From IMG/VR virus record IMGVR_UViG_3300046656_000719, positions 1 to 63,939 of that record: 63,939 nucleotides of DNA; one strand, given 5' to 3'. A model generated the notes under the pieces. The model saw only the letters and a list, made by a program, of their open reading frames with translations, made no database searches and had not been told where the DNA came from. The position numbers and the translations under genes were made by a program. The stretch is from a virus. Taxonomy: Duplodnaviria; Caudoviricetes. This document shows positions 1 through 8,598 of this stretch, in pieces (the stretch's first letter is position 1; each line of letters opens with the position of its first letter).

Positions 1-15
1 ATAAAGGGGGGGGCC
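1..15 (+). repeat. Terminal direct overlap, left copy (ATAAA-G8-CC)
   Basis: Matches 63926-63939 (ATAAA-G7-CC) except for homopolymer length. Confidence 0.7.
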
Positions 16-62
16 ATGGCCCGGTCCATGCGCCCCATGGCCATGGGTGGGGGCCACCCCCC

Positions 63-75
63 ACTACTATCACGG
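63..75 (+). repeat. ACTACTATCACGG motif
   Basis: Exact inverted copy at 1102-1114; CACTACTATCACG direct copy at 1255-1267; partial copy CTACTATCA at 1149-1157. Confidence 0.75.
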
Positions 76-166
76 GCCGCCCCCCGGGCGGGCCGGGCCA
101 TGAGACTATGCGCCTCGGTCGAAGCATATGACCGCTTACGTAATAACACTGAAAGGACTAGCACCA

Positions 167-1003
167 ATGACTACCGTACCCGCAGTCGTATCACCCGCAG
201 TCCCCGCTACCCCCGTGGCTGACGCCGTACAAGCCACGATTACGACCACCGTACCCGTGGTCGCGCCGGTTACGCTTCCGGTTGAAGTCTCTACCCTGCT
301 GAAACTGGCGGCCGAGACGCAAAAATCGGTTTACGACTCCCTGCGCAAGGCTGCCGCAATCTGCGCGCCGTTCATGTCCGCTCACCTGTCGGCGAATGAC
401 AAGGTGAAGCAAATCATGGCAATGTGTGCGACCACGTTAAACGAGATCAATGACGATAACGTCCGTTCGACGTTCGCATCGTGTTTGTTCCCGTACGCCG
501 CGCCGACTACCCTCGTGGAGATCCCCGCGCCGACTCCCAATGCGGACGGTTCAAAGGGCGTACTCGTGGTCCCCGCGATTCAAGCGGTTACCGCGTCAAA
601 GACCGTGGCCACAAACGTGGCGAAGCAAATCCGCGATGCGGAAGGCGTCGGCCGCGCGGCCGGGGCTGGACGTCCGGCCACGGTTGCCGCTCCCGTGGTT
701 CCGGTTGCTGCTCCCGTGGTGCAACCTCTCGGCGACAAAATCGCTGCCACGTGGTTCGACGAGCTTGACGCGCGCATCAAGAATCCCGGCGATTGCGCCA
801 AGATTGTCGCCGCTCTTGACCGCGCGGGGTACAGCGTAACCCGCAAAACCTCGGTTGCGCCTGCTCCGTCCACGACCACGGCGGATGCGACTGCCGCTCT
901 GGCTGCCGCTCTGGTCGACACCGTACCGGCCACGGCCATCGCTCTGGCTGCCGCAAAGGCCGCCGACAAGGCAAAGACCGCGAAAGGGGGTACCGCGAAG
1001 TAA
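167..1003 (+). CDS. Hypothetical early protein, Ala/Thr/Val/Pro-rich
   Basis: Long ORF; AAGGA RBS before ATG 167; followed by a terminator-like hairpin. Confidence 0.75.
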   Translation: MTTVPAVVSPAVPATPVADAVQATITTTVPVVAPVTLPVEVSTLLKLAAETQKSVYDSLRKAAAICAPFMSAHLSANDKVKQIMAMCATTLNEINDDNVRSTFASCLFPYAAPTTLVEIPAPTPNADGSKGVLVVPAIQAVTASKTVATNVAKQIRDAEGVGRAAGAGRPATVAAPVVPVAAPVVQPLGDKIAATWFDELDARIKNPGDCAKIVAALDRAGYSVTRKTSVAPAPSTTTADATAALAAALVDTVPATAIALAAAKAADKAKTAKGGTAK

Positions 1004-1036
1004 CGCGCTAGTCCGCTAGGGAGCCGAGAGGCCCCC

Positions 1037-1068
1037 GCCCCGTCCGAGAACCGGACGGGGCTTTCGTT
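1037..1068 (+). terminator. Probable intrinsic terminator
   Basis: GCCCCGTCCG-agaac-CGGACGGGGC followed by TTTCGTT, just after stop 1003. Confidence 0.6.
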
Positions 1069-1071
1069 CGT

Positions 1072-1105
1072 ACGGCGGAGCCGATCTCGCGGTCGGCTCC
1101 GCCGT
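1072..1105. other. Strong 13-bp stem-loop
   Basis: ACGGCGGAGCCGA / TCGGCTCCGCCGT perfect inverted repeat. Confidence 0.7.
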
Positions 1106-1283
1106 GATAGTAGTTTGGGGGGTGCGCCCGACGGTCCCGCGAGCGCGCCTACTATCATCTTCTCGCGCCTCGTGGACGGGGCGGCGTGGTAACATATATG
1201 CCGGAGGCATTAAGGCTCGTAACGCATCATAGGTGCGCGGGCCGCGGGGCGGGGCACTACTATCACGCCCGCGCCCACGTGGC

Positions 1284-1300
1284 TTATTTTCGCGAAAATT
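1284..1300. promoter_or_regulatory. Palindromic site, copy 1 (core ATTTTCGCGAAAAT)
   Basis: ttattttcgcgaaaatt. Confidence 0.85.
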
Positions 1301-1436
1301 GCGGGCTATGACGATGACGTATTATGACGTCGTATTACTTAGGGGCGACGTAGCTGGTGCTCGTTACGCGGCAGCAGGTCCGGCCGTGAGAAGGCTGCAC
1401 CTCCCCCGTACGAGGCAACAGCCCCACGTGGAGAGC

Positions 1437-1454
1437 TTATTTTCGCGAAAATAG
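1437..1454. promoter_or_regulatory. Palindromic site, copy 2
   Basis: ttattttcgcgaaaatag. Confidence 0.85.
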
Positions 1455-1559
1455 GGGCCCGGGTCGTATTAGTGCTGACTTCATCCATAGATGCACGAGA
1501 TAGCACAGGTATAGGCTTTACGTGCGCATAGCTGATATTAACTACAGGTAGCTGCATCG

Positions 1560-1572
1560 GATCAATGAGTTA
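1560..1572 (+). promoter_or_regulatory. IHF-like site
   Basis: gATCAAtgagTTA versus consensus WATCAANNNNTTR (one mismatch). Confidence 0.45.
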
Positions 1573-1914
1573 CGAGCGAATCTCGGCAAACCTACTAACT
1601 ACGGTCTCGGGGCTCGCGATGAGGCATCCGCGAGGAAAACCCACTAAAAATCAATAGAGAGAGAGAGAGAGTACTTAAAAATTATTTATTATTATTATAT
1701 ACCCCCTATGTTTTATATAATCCATAGTTAATAGGTAGCTGGCAGCGTTTTTAGACAAGAGACCACCCTTGAGACCCCCCCTTTTTCGGCTAAAAGTTTT
1801 AATCTATATTTTCTTCAATACCTGCTCGACGGAGCCCAAAAGACCTCTTCGGGACGTCTCTCTTGTTTTTCGCTGCCCGAAAACTATAGGCCACTTAGCC
1901 TACACACTCGCAGC

Positions 1915-1927
1915 TAACTTGTTGATT
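1915..1927 (-). promoter_or_regulatory. IHF-like site
   Basis: Reverse complement AATCAAcaagTTA is a perfect WATCAANNNNTTR match. Confidence 0.55.
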
Positions 1928-2098
1928 ACATTAAATTCACAACCTGTATTTTCATGGTCAGCAGCCGCGACCTCCTGCACAAATGTATTTAAGTAAGATG
2001 TGGTTCTTCAACATGCTCAATACCTGCGTGCGCAGCAAATCACCCCCTTTGGCGAGCAAATGCCGAATTAACTATCCACCCGCCCACTGACTGTCCGC

Positions 2099-2116
2099 CT
2101 ATTTTCGCGAAAATAA
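2099..2116. promoter_or_regulatory. Palindromic site, copy 3
   Basis: ctattttcgcgaaaataa, about 55 bp upstream of the HTH-gene promoter. Confidence 0.85.
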
Positions 2117-2170
2117 CGCTGGCACCGATGGCATTATCTACGAGCCACAATCCTCACACCCACGCATGAC

Positions 2171-2199
2171 TTGCACTTTACATCCCCATCCTCGATAAT
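2171..2199 (+). promoter_or_regulatory. Sigma70-like promoter of the HTH gene
   Basis: TTGCAC-N17-GATAAT, then AAGGAG RBS. Confidence 0.55.
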
Positions 2200-2223
2200 T
2201 ACTCACTTTCAAGGAGATCCCAC

Positions 2224-2577
2224 ATGCCCCGCAAGCTCGACCCCGCCTTCCTCGACGAGGTGAGAACCCTCGCCACCAAGGGCTACAACCAGACCCAGAT
2301 CGCCAAGAAGCTGCGCACCAACCAGCCCCGGATCTCCTACATCATGCGCAAGCACGCCATCCCTACCGAGGACTATGCTGCCACCCGCAAGCGCGTGCTC
2401 GGTCAGGGCGCAGGCGCGGTGCGGGTCTACGTGTTCATCGAGATGGATGGCAAGACCCTGAAGGAGCAGCGGGACGCCACTCCGGAGCAGCTGCACGCCC
2501 TTGCGACCTACTTGGAGGGCTTGCAGGAGCAGGCGGCTGCGCTCTACGACCAGCGAACCCCTATTCTGCAAGAATAA
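2224..2577 (+). CDS. Helix-turn-helix DNA-binding protein, candidate regulator
   Basis: GYNQTQIAKKLRTNQPRISYIMRK fits an HTH pattern; AAGGAG RBS. Confidence 0.7.
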   Translation: MPRKLDPAFLDEVRTLATKGYNQTQIAKKLRTNQPRISYIMRKHAIPTEDYAATRKRVLGQGAGAVRVYVFIEMDGKTLKEQRDATPEQLHALATYLEGLQEQAAALYDQRTPILQE

Positions 2578-2604
2578 AGAAAACGATACTTATGGCTTAC
2601 ATTG

Positions 2605-2613
2605 TGGTATAAT
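2605..2613 (+). promoter_or_regulatory. Extended -10 promoter
   Basis: TGgTATAAT in an intergenic gap. Confidence 0.6.
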
Positions 2614-2668
2614 GGGGGTTGTTCAGTAGGAGTTTTTGTGACGCGGTGGGCAGCAGGTTGCAGCTGCC

Positions 2669-2686
2669 TTATTTTCGCGAAAATAG
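2669..2686. promoter_or_regulatory. Palindromic site, copy 4
   Basis: ttattttcgcgaaaatag between promoter and RBS. Confidence 0.85.
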
Positions 2687-2717
2687 TAGCCCCCTCAACC
2701 ATACTAGGAGTTACACA

Positions 2718-3101
2718 ATGAGTGCACTTCAACAACGCCTCCTGCTGCAGGCGCGCGTCAAGCGCGACCTCGCACGCACCCCACGGGGCGACGACCGCAC
2801 CGGTCCGGTAACGGCGAAGCTCGACGAGATCAAGGCGCTGCAGCAGCGCGTCCGAGACGACACGCACAAGCTCACCGTGTCCTTGGCCCTCGATGCCATG
2901 TGGCCCGGCGTGTTCGACGGTGCCAAGCCCACGACGACGTCATGGCGCGGCCGCCCCTCGCAACTGGGCAGCTTCGGCCCGGTCACCATCTACGAGATGG
3001 TGCTGCGGGTCACCTCGGGCAAGGGCATCGTTCGCGACTTCCCGCAGGCCGACGTCCCCGAGATCCTCTGGCCCACCCCGGCCTACGGACGCATGGATTA
3101 A
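2718..3101 (+). CDS. Hypothetical protein
   Basis: ACTAGGAG RBS, ATG 2718; stop lies inside palindrome copy 5. Confidence 0.7.
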   Translation: MSALQQRLLLQARVKRDLARTPRGDDRTGPVTAKLDEIKALQQRVRDDTHKLTVSLALDAMWPGVFDGAKPTTTSWRGRPSQLGSFGPVTIYEMVLRVTSGKGIVRDFPQADVPEILWPTPAYGRMD

Positions 3102-3116
3102 TTTTCGCGAAAATAA
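3099..3116. promoter_or_regulatory. Palindromic site, copy 5
   Basis: taattttcgcgaaaataa, overlapping a stop codon and abutting the next RBS. Confidence 0.85.
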
Positions 3117-3126
3117 GGAGAGCAAC

Positions 3127-3441
3127 GTGAACCACCAACACCAGCAAGGGCACATCTCGCCGCTCGGCGTCACCGTGATCAACCACAGCGACGAGAGCAT
3201 CATCGCTGTCGATGTCGGGCGCGACCTGACCGTGCTCTTCCGCCGGGCGCGCATCGTCATGATCGAGGTGAACGGCCTGCAGTTCGCCCCCTTGGGCGTG
3301 GACGTTCGATCCGACTGGTTCAAATCGCTGCAGGTGGGCGGGCTGGAGCCGGTCCTCAAGGACTACGTGGAGATCGAGAAGATGGTCATGAATTATCTCT
3401 TCGATGCGGCGATTAAAACGCGGTTGGGAGAGTCCGCATGA
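3127..3441 (+). CDS. Hypothetical protein
   Basis: AAGGAG RBS, GTG start, GC3-rich codons. Confidence 0.65.
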   Translation: MNHQHQQGHISPLGVTVINHSDESIIAVDVGRDLTVLFRRARIVMIEVNGLQFAPLGVDVRSDWFKSLQVGGLEPVLKDYVEIEKMVMNYLFDAAIKTRLGESA

Positions 3442-3593
3442 ACGATCCATGGTTGATCTGCCGCGAGTGCGCCATGCCGATGCTTATTACGGACACCGGC
3501 GTCTCGCACCACATAGATGTCGACGCAACCGGCGGCATAGACCACGACGCCGACGCCGACCACACACCACTAGCAGAGGAGGAACAGGGATGA
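3438..3593 (+). CDS. Small acidic CxxC/His protein (51 aa)
   Basis: MNDPWLICRECAMP...DHDADADH; ATGA overlaps at both ends. Confidence 0.5.
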   Translation: MNDPWLICRECAMPMLITDTGVSHHIDVDATGGIDHDADADHTPLAEEEQG

Positions 3594-3946
3594 ACCCGTT
3601 CATCATCGCAGGCGAGCCCGGCTCCGCGGGCAGCAGCTGCTACAGCGTCAATCTGGGCAGCGTGAAGCTGCACTTCAGCTACAAGACGCTGATCGGCGTG
3701 CACGTGTTCCCCGCCGGGGTCACCGTCACCCCGCACAGGAGTTTCATCCGGGCGCGTGAGCCCGGGGGCTTCGCAGGCGAGCAATCCTACCGGGTGGAGA
3801 ATGCGTGGGGCCCGACCACCGGCAGGCATATGAAAGCCCTCGGGCTGGAGCATGCCGCCGTCAAGACCGAAGCTGAACTACAAGAACTCGTCCGCGGTGC
3901 CTTGTTCGCGGATGTCGTAGCATCACCCCTCAACCATGGAGAATGA
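3590..3946 (+). CDS. Hypothetical phage early protein
   Basis: GAGGAGG RBS; FSYKT and WGPTTGRH motifs. Confidence 0.65.
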   Translation: MNPFIIAGEPGSAGSSCYSVNLGSVKLHFSYKTLIGVHVFPAGVTVTPHRSFIRAREPGGFAGEQSYRVENAWGPTTGRHMKALGLEHAAVKTEAELQELVRGALFADVVASPLNHGE

Positions 3947-3947
3947 C

Positions 3948-4343
3948 ATGACCAGACGATTGATGCCGTATACACAGTCGGAGATCGACGAGCAGCTGAG
4001 CACCATGATCCCCCGAGAAAGCTACGACACCGAAGACGCGCGCACCCCGGAGCAGGCGCTCGCTGCCGAGATCGCGCACCACGAGAGCGGTGAGGCGCGC
4101 CGCCTCATTGCCGAGGTGCACGCGGCCCACGTGGCCCATACGGGAGAGCAGGCCATGAGCATGGTGGTCGCCGTCATGCTCGACGCGCTGGGCGAGGCGT
4201 TGACCGAGGATCTGGAGTCCGGCGCGCACTGGATGAACGAGGCAGCCTCCGCCGAGTTCAAGAAGAAGTATCCGCGCTTCACCACCTTGTTCGGCATTGC
4301 GAGGAACGTCAACTGGGCCGAGGTGCTAATTCTGCAAAAATAA
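3948..4343 (+). CDS. Hypothetical protein
   Basis: GGAG RBS; tightly packed ORF. Confidence 0.65.
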   Translation: MTRRLMPYTQSEIDEQLSTMIPRESYDTEDARTPEQALAAEIAHHESGEARRLIAEVHAAHVAHTGEQAMSMVVAVMLDALGEALTEDLESGAHWMNEAASAEFKKKYPRFTTLFGIARNVNWAEVLILQK

Positions 4344-4348
4344 TCCTT

Positions 4349-4380
4349 AAGTGGTATACCACTTCGTAGTATGGTATACT
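4349..4380 (+). promoter_or_regulatory. Extended -10 promoter with a separate 16-bp palindrome over the -35 region
   Basis: AAGTGGTATACCACTT (4349-4364) and TGgTATACT (4372-4380). Confidence 0.55.
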
Positions 4381-4422
4381 GGGTTTGTTGGTGAAGGAGC
4401 AGCAGCAACGAGATTCGCGAGC

Positions 4423-4440
4423 TTATTTTCGCGAAAATAA
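4423..4440. promoter_or_regulatory. Palindromic site, copy 6
   Basis: Perfect 18-mer ttattttcgcgaaaataa. Confidence 0.9.
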
Positions 4441-4484
4441 TCCCGCGGGGTTCGCTCCGCATACTCACAGCAAAGGACGATGTC

Positions 4485-5360
4485 ATGAAATATCAGCAAG
4501 TGGCGATGATGACCCGGCTCAGGGTCGAGCTTCCCCAAATGAGCAAGCAAGACGATGCGGCCACGCACGCAGCAGAGGCGGCCTTCGGTGCCTCGGGCGC
4601 AGGCCGGTATCGCAAGGATCTGTATCCCAAGCACCTCGTCGACCCGATCCATGCGGCGGTGGCTGCAGCCCGGGCCTACATGTATAGCCAGACCCGGCCC
4701 CTCGGGCATGGCGAGGTCTACCTGCTGCCCAACCGCAGGATCATGACCTACCTCGACATGATGGGGAAGCATGAACTGGCCTTCCGCCAGACGGTGACGG
4801 CGTTCCTGAACAACTGGGCCAACGTGCTGATGCAGGCGCAGGCGCAGCAAGGCGGGCTCTTCAATTCGGGGGAGTATCCCGACGTCTCCAGTCTTGCGGG
4901 CCAGTTCCTGTTCGAGTATCCGCTGACCCCCATCGGCAACGTGAGGGACATAGTTCTCGATGAGCTTGACGAGGCAGCCACGGCGGCCATCGTCGCCAAG
5001 GCGCAGGCGGATGAGCGCACCTCGAACGAGATGGTGGTGAAGGCTGCGGTTGCCGACCTGCGCACCGAGGTGCTGCGCATCATCAAGCAGACCACGGTCA
5101 CGGCCACCACTGACAAGAAGGGCAATCCCGTGGAGCGCACCGGGAAAATCTACGACACGCTCACCTCCGATATCGCGGAGTTGATTGGGGTGCTTCAAGA
5201 CTTGGGAGCCGGGGGTGACCCGATGTTACAGGACATCTTGGCGCAGGCCGACATGCACCTGACCATCCCGGCGGACGCGCTGCGCGCGGACCTTGAGGTG
5301 TGCCGTATCACCAAGGACCGGGCCGAGCAGATCCTCAAGAGCATGGAGGCATTCGCATGA
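4485..5360 (+). CDS. DUF3150-like protein
   Basis: 291 aa, helical; KDLYPKHLVDPI...GEVYLLP...FLNNW...YP pattern; next to AAA and vWA genes. Confidence 0.5.
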   Translation: MKYQQVAMMTRLRVELPQMSKQDDAATHAAEAAFGASGAGRYRKDLYPKHLVDPIHAAVAAARAYMYSQTRPLGHGEVYLLPNRRIMTYLDMMGKHELAFRQTVTAFLNNWANVLMQAQAQQGGLFNSGEYPDVSSLAGQFLFEYPLTPIGNVRDIVLDELDEAATAAIVAKAQADERTSNEMVVKAAVADLRTEVLRIIKQTTVTATTDKKGNPVERTGKIYDTLTSDIAELIGVLQDLGAGGDPMLQDILAQADMHLTIPADALRADLEVCRITKDRAEQILKSMEAFA

Positions 5361-5971
5361 CGATCATGACCCGCGACGAAGCCCGCGCCCTTGAGGGGCG
5401 CGTGGTGGACCGGCTGCGCGCGATGGGTATCATCGAGGCGCAGGGCATCAGCGTGCCGGGGAAGTACGGCACGGTGGAGTTGAGCGTGGACTACTCATGG
5501 GACCGCAAGATGTACAAGCGGCACCGGGTTCCTGCGGATCAGCGGGACTATGGCTTGGTGGTGATTACGGGGCAGTACCGCTCGTCGACCCCACCCAAGC
5601 GCAAGCGCCTGCACCGCGAGGTGGAGCCTGCCATCGCGCAGATCGTGCGCGAGGTGAACGCCAGCGTGGCGGACAAGCTGCCCAAGAAGGGCGAGCGGTT
5701 GATGGACACGGCGCAGAAGGACTTCGACCGCGGCTGGTGCGCGCATCGTCGTGGCATTGAATGCAAGCTGATCAACGGCACGTTCCATGCCCTGCTGCGT
5801 GCTGGCACCGAAGAGATTTGGCAGGACGATGTGGAGTACGCACCGAGCCACGACACCTTGGTCTTCCGCTCGGAGATTGGTAAGCTCGACCGTTGGATCA
5901 CCATCGAGGCGCTGCAGAAGTTGCTGGACCGGGGTGTGTTGCTGAACCCCAAGGAAGTGACGTTCGTTTGA
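5357..5971 (+). CDS. Hypothetical protein
   Basis: GGAGG RBS; ATGA overlap. Confidence 0.7.
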   Translation: MTIMTRDEARALEGRVVDRLRAMGIIEAQGISVPGKYGTVELSVDYSWDRKMYKRHRVPADQRDYGLVVITGQYRSSTPPKRKRLHREVEPAIAQIVREVNASVADKLPKKGERLMDTAQKDFDRGWCAHRRGIECKLINGTFHALLRAGTEEIWQDDVEYAPSHDTLVFRSEIGKLDRWITIEALQKLLDRGVLLNPKEVTFV

Positions 5972-5973
5972 TT

Positions 5974-5991
5974 TAATTTTCGCGAAAATTA
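5974..5991. promoter_or_regulatory. Palindromic site, copy 7
   Basis: taattttcgcgaaaatta followed by ctttcgcatact. Confidence 0.85.
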
Positions 5992-6031
5992 CTTTCGCAT
6001 ACTTACAACCGCAGTCAATAGGAGCATTGAG

Positions 6032-7054
6032 ATGAGAATCGGATCACTGGCCCATACCCTTGCGAAGGGCTACCTGCACCTCCCGACCCGCAAGCGCACC
6101 CACTTCCTTCGTGGCCCTTCCGGCATCGGCAAGACCGACGTCGTCTACCAAATGGCCGACATCCTCGGTAAGCACGTGGAAGGATGGGACGGGGTGCGCG
6201 ACATTCGCCTGTCGCAGTTCGACCCCGTCGACTTCCGCGGCATCCCCTACAAGGACGACAACAACCGCACCGTGTGGGCCGTGCCCGCGCTGTGGCCGGA
6301 GCCCGACACCTCCGGGCTGATCTTCTTGGACGAGATCACGAGCGCCTTGCCCGCCCTGCAGGCCGTTGCGTACCAACTGTGCAACGAGCGGCGCATCGGT
6401 GACTACCGCCTGCCGGACGGGTGGATGATCATCGCCGCAGGCAACCGGCAGTCGGATCGCGGTGTCACCTACAACATCGCAGCACCGTTGCTGAACCGCA
6501 TGACGGTCTTGGATGTGGACACCGTGTTCGACGACTGGCAGGAGCATGCTGCCGTCAAGGGCAAGCGCCCCGAGGTGATTGCCATGGTGAAGAGCCGGGT
6601 CGACCTGCTCCACAAGTTCGACGGGAAGGGAGTAATTGAACAGTTCCCCTCCCCGCGCGGCTGGTTTGCCGTGAGCGACATCCTCGATGCCGACTATGAG
6701 CAGAAGGTGCGCGCCGAGTTGATCAAGGGTGCGGTGGGCTCGGAAGCCGGGCTGATATTCGAAGCCTATCTGCGCATCTACGAGCGCATCCCCGATCTGG
6801 ACCGCATCGAGAGGGAACCCGAGAACGTGGAGGTACCGGAGGATCTCGATATCCGGTATTGCTTGGCGATGGGCATCAGTGCCCGCTTGAGCGCCAAGAA
6901 CTTTGAACCGTTCTGGAAGTTTCTGCAGCGCATGCCGCGTGAACTCCAGACTCTCACGGTCAAGCTGGCGTATCGGCGCGACAAGACGGTGTCCGACTGC
7001 GCTGCCTTCGGCAGCTGGGCGCAGGCGAACAGCGACGCATTCAAGAGGAGCTAG
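6032..7054 (+). CDS. MoxR-like AAA+ ATPase
   Basis: Walker A GPSGIGKT, Walker B LIFLDE, sensor AAGN, LLNR, PSPRGW. Confidence 0.9.
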   Translation: MRIGSLAHTLAKGYLHLPTRKRTHFLRGPSGIGKTDVVYQMADILGKHVEGWDGVRDIRLSQFDPVDFRGIPYKDDNNRTVWAVPALWPEPDTSGLIFLDEITSALPALQAVAYQLCNERRIGDYRLPDGWMIIAAGNRQSDRGVTYNIAAPLLNRMTVLDVDTVFDDWQEHAAVKGKRPEVIAMVKSRVDLLHKFDGKGVIEQFPSPRGWFAVSDILDADYEQKVRAELIKGAVGSEAGLIFEAYLRIYERIPDLDRIEREPENVEVPEDLDIRYCLAMGISARLSAKNFEPFWKFLQRMPRELQTLTVKLAYRRDKTVSDCAAFGSWAQANSDAFKRS

Positions 7055-7056
7055 GC

Positions 7057-7347
7057 ATGGCGACCATACGCCGCAGGAAGAAGGACGAGCCCCTCGTTTA
7101 CGGGGGGCCGCGGAACGACCTTGCATGGAAGTTCCGCAACGGCACGCACTTCTTGGCACGCACCGATTCGCTGGGCTACATCGAATCGGTGGCGGGGGTG
7201 GTGTCGCCCCTTGTAGATGGCACCTACGTGGGGTGCTGCCCGAATCGTTTCGGGTCGTACTCCACGTTCCCCGAACTGGAGCAGGCCAAGCTCCACGTGA
7301 CCGCAATCGTTGCATTGGAGGGAGACAAGCATGACGAAATCAGTTGA
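7057..7347 (+). CDS. Hypothetical protein
   Basis: GAGGAG RBS; fills the gap between AAA and vWA genes. Confidence 0.6.
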   Translation: MATIRRRKKDEPLVYGGPRNDLAWKFRNGTHFLARTDSLGYIESVAGVVSPLVDGTYVGCCPNRFGSYSTFPELEQAKLHVTAIVALEGDKHDEIS

Positions 7348-8581
7348 GGAACGCATCGACATCATGGCGAGCAAGATGACGATTCGAAGCCCGTTCATCT
7401 CCGCGGTGTTCACCACGTTGAAGAAGGAGGTGGTCGACAACGACGACCTGACCGCGTGCACCAACGGGCTCGACTTCAAGTTCGGCCGCGCGTTCTGCGA
7501 GAAGCTGGACGAGGAGGAGTTGCTGGGCCTAGGGCTGCACGAGGCGGCCCACGTGGTGCTCGGCCACATCTGGCGGGGGGAAGGATACAACTCCGCCCTC
7601 TCCAACGTCGCACAGGACGCCGTGATCAACCGCATGCTGCTCGGCATGGGCTACAAGCTGCCTGCCAACGGTGTGCTGATCGACTGGGTCACTGCCGAGA
7701 TGGACTGGGAGGAGGTGTATCGGCGGCTCAAGAAGGAGCAGGACGAGCAACAAGGCAAGGGCCCGGGCAACAAGTCCGGGGGCCAGCAGGGGGGTCAGGG
7801 CCAAGGTCCGGGCAAGGGCAAACTGTCATCACCGCAGCCGGGCGGCGGCGCTAATTCTCGCGAAAATAAGGGCCACGACAAGTGGGGCGCGGGTGGCTTC
7901 AACGGCAAGGGGGATTGCACGCCCTGCCCGACGGACGCGAAGCGCACCGAGATCGAAGCAACGATCCTCACCGCAGCCAAGATGGCGCGGGCCTGCGGGG
8001 ATCAGTCGGCCATGATCGACCGCGTGCTCGGTGCCGTGGGGAAATCCACGGTATCGTGGGCGGATGAGTGCCGGGCCATGATGCTGTCCCAGTCCAAGGG
8101 GGACTACTCGTTCCACAAGGGCAACCGGCGCATGCTGGCGCAGGGTCTCTACCTGCCCTCGTTGTACTCGGAATCCATGGGCGGGCTTGCCGTGGGCTTC
8201 GATATGTCGGGCTCGGTCAGCGTCGAGGACGCGCGGCGCATCGGCGGCGAGTTGCAGGCGGTGGTCGAGGACTGCCAGCCGGACTGGGTCGAGATCGCGT
8301 TCTTCGACACCAAGGTGTGCTCGGTGCAGCGGTTCGAGAAGGGGGAACCCCTTGAACTGAAACCCCGGGGCGGCGGTGGTACCCGCTTCCAGCCGGTGTT
8401 CGAACATTTCGCCAAGGTGCAGGAAAACGAGCAGATTTGCGGGATGGTGTTCTTTACGGACATGGCCTCCTCGGATCTGCCCAAGCTGGAGGAGCCGACC
8501 TATCCCGTGCTGTGGGGCAACATCGCGGGCGACGAGACCCACGAGGTGCCCTTCGGCCGCGTGGTACGAGTAGCTGTTTAA
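7331..8581 (+). CDS. Metallopeptidase (HExxH) plus vWA protein, DUF2201-like
   Basis: TACTNG, LHEAAHV, MIDAS DMSGS, GGGGTRF, FFTD. Confidence 0.85.
   Translation: MTKSVEERIDIMASKMTIRSPFISAVFTTLKKEVVDNDDLTACTNGLDFKFGRAFCEKLDEEELLGLGLHEAAHVVLGHIWRGEGYNSALSNVAQDAVINRMLLGMGYKLPANGVLIDWVTAEMDWEEVYRRLKKEQDEQQGKGPGNKSGGQQGGQGQGPGKGKLSSPQPGGGANSRENKGHDKWGAGGFNGKGDCTPCPTDAKRTEIEATILTAAKMARACGDQSAMIDRVLGAVGKSTVSWADECRAMMLSQSKGDYSFHKGNRRMLAQGLYLPSLYSESMGGLAVGFDMSGSVSVEDARRIGGELQAVVEDCQPDWVEIAFFDTKVCSVQRFEKGEPLELKPRGGGGTRFQPVFEHFAKVQENEQICGMVFFTDMASSDLPKLEEPTYPVLWGNIAGDETHEVPFGRVVRVAV
7852..7869. promoter_or_regulatory. Palindromic site, copy 8 (variant, inside CDS)
   Basis: taattctcgcgaaaataa in the Gly/Gln linker. 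Confidence 0.75.
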
Positions 8582-8598
8582 CATACTAGGAGGCTGTC

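Larger units (their letters stand above)
1500..2100. other. AT-rich non-coding region, candidate replication origin or packaging control region
   Basis: Low GC in a GC-rich genome; (AG)8 at 1656-1671; ATT repeats 1681-1700; no convincing ORF. Confidence 0.55.

Noticed and set aside
1769-1996. 75-aa ORF in the AT-rich region
   Set aside because: TTG start, no RBS, atypical codon use; overlaps the IHF-like site
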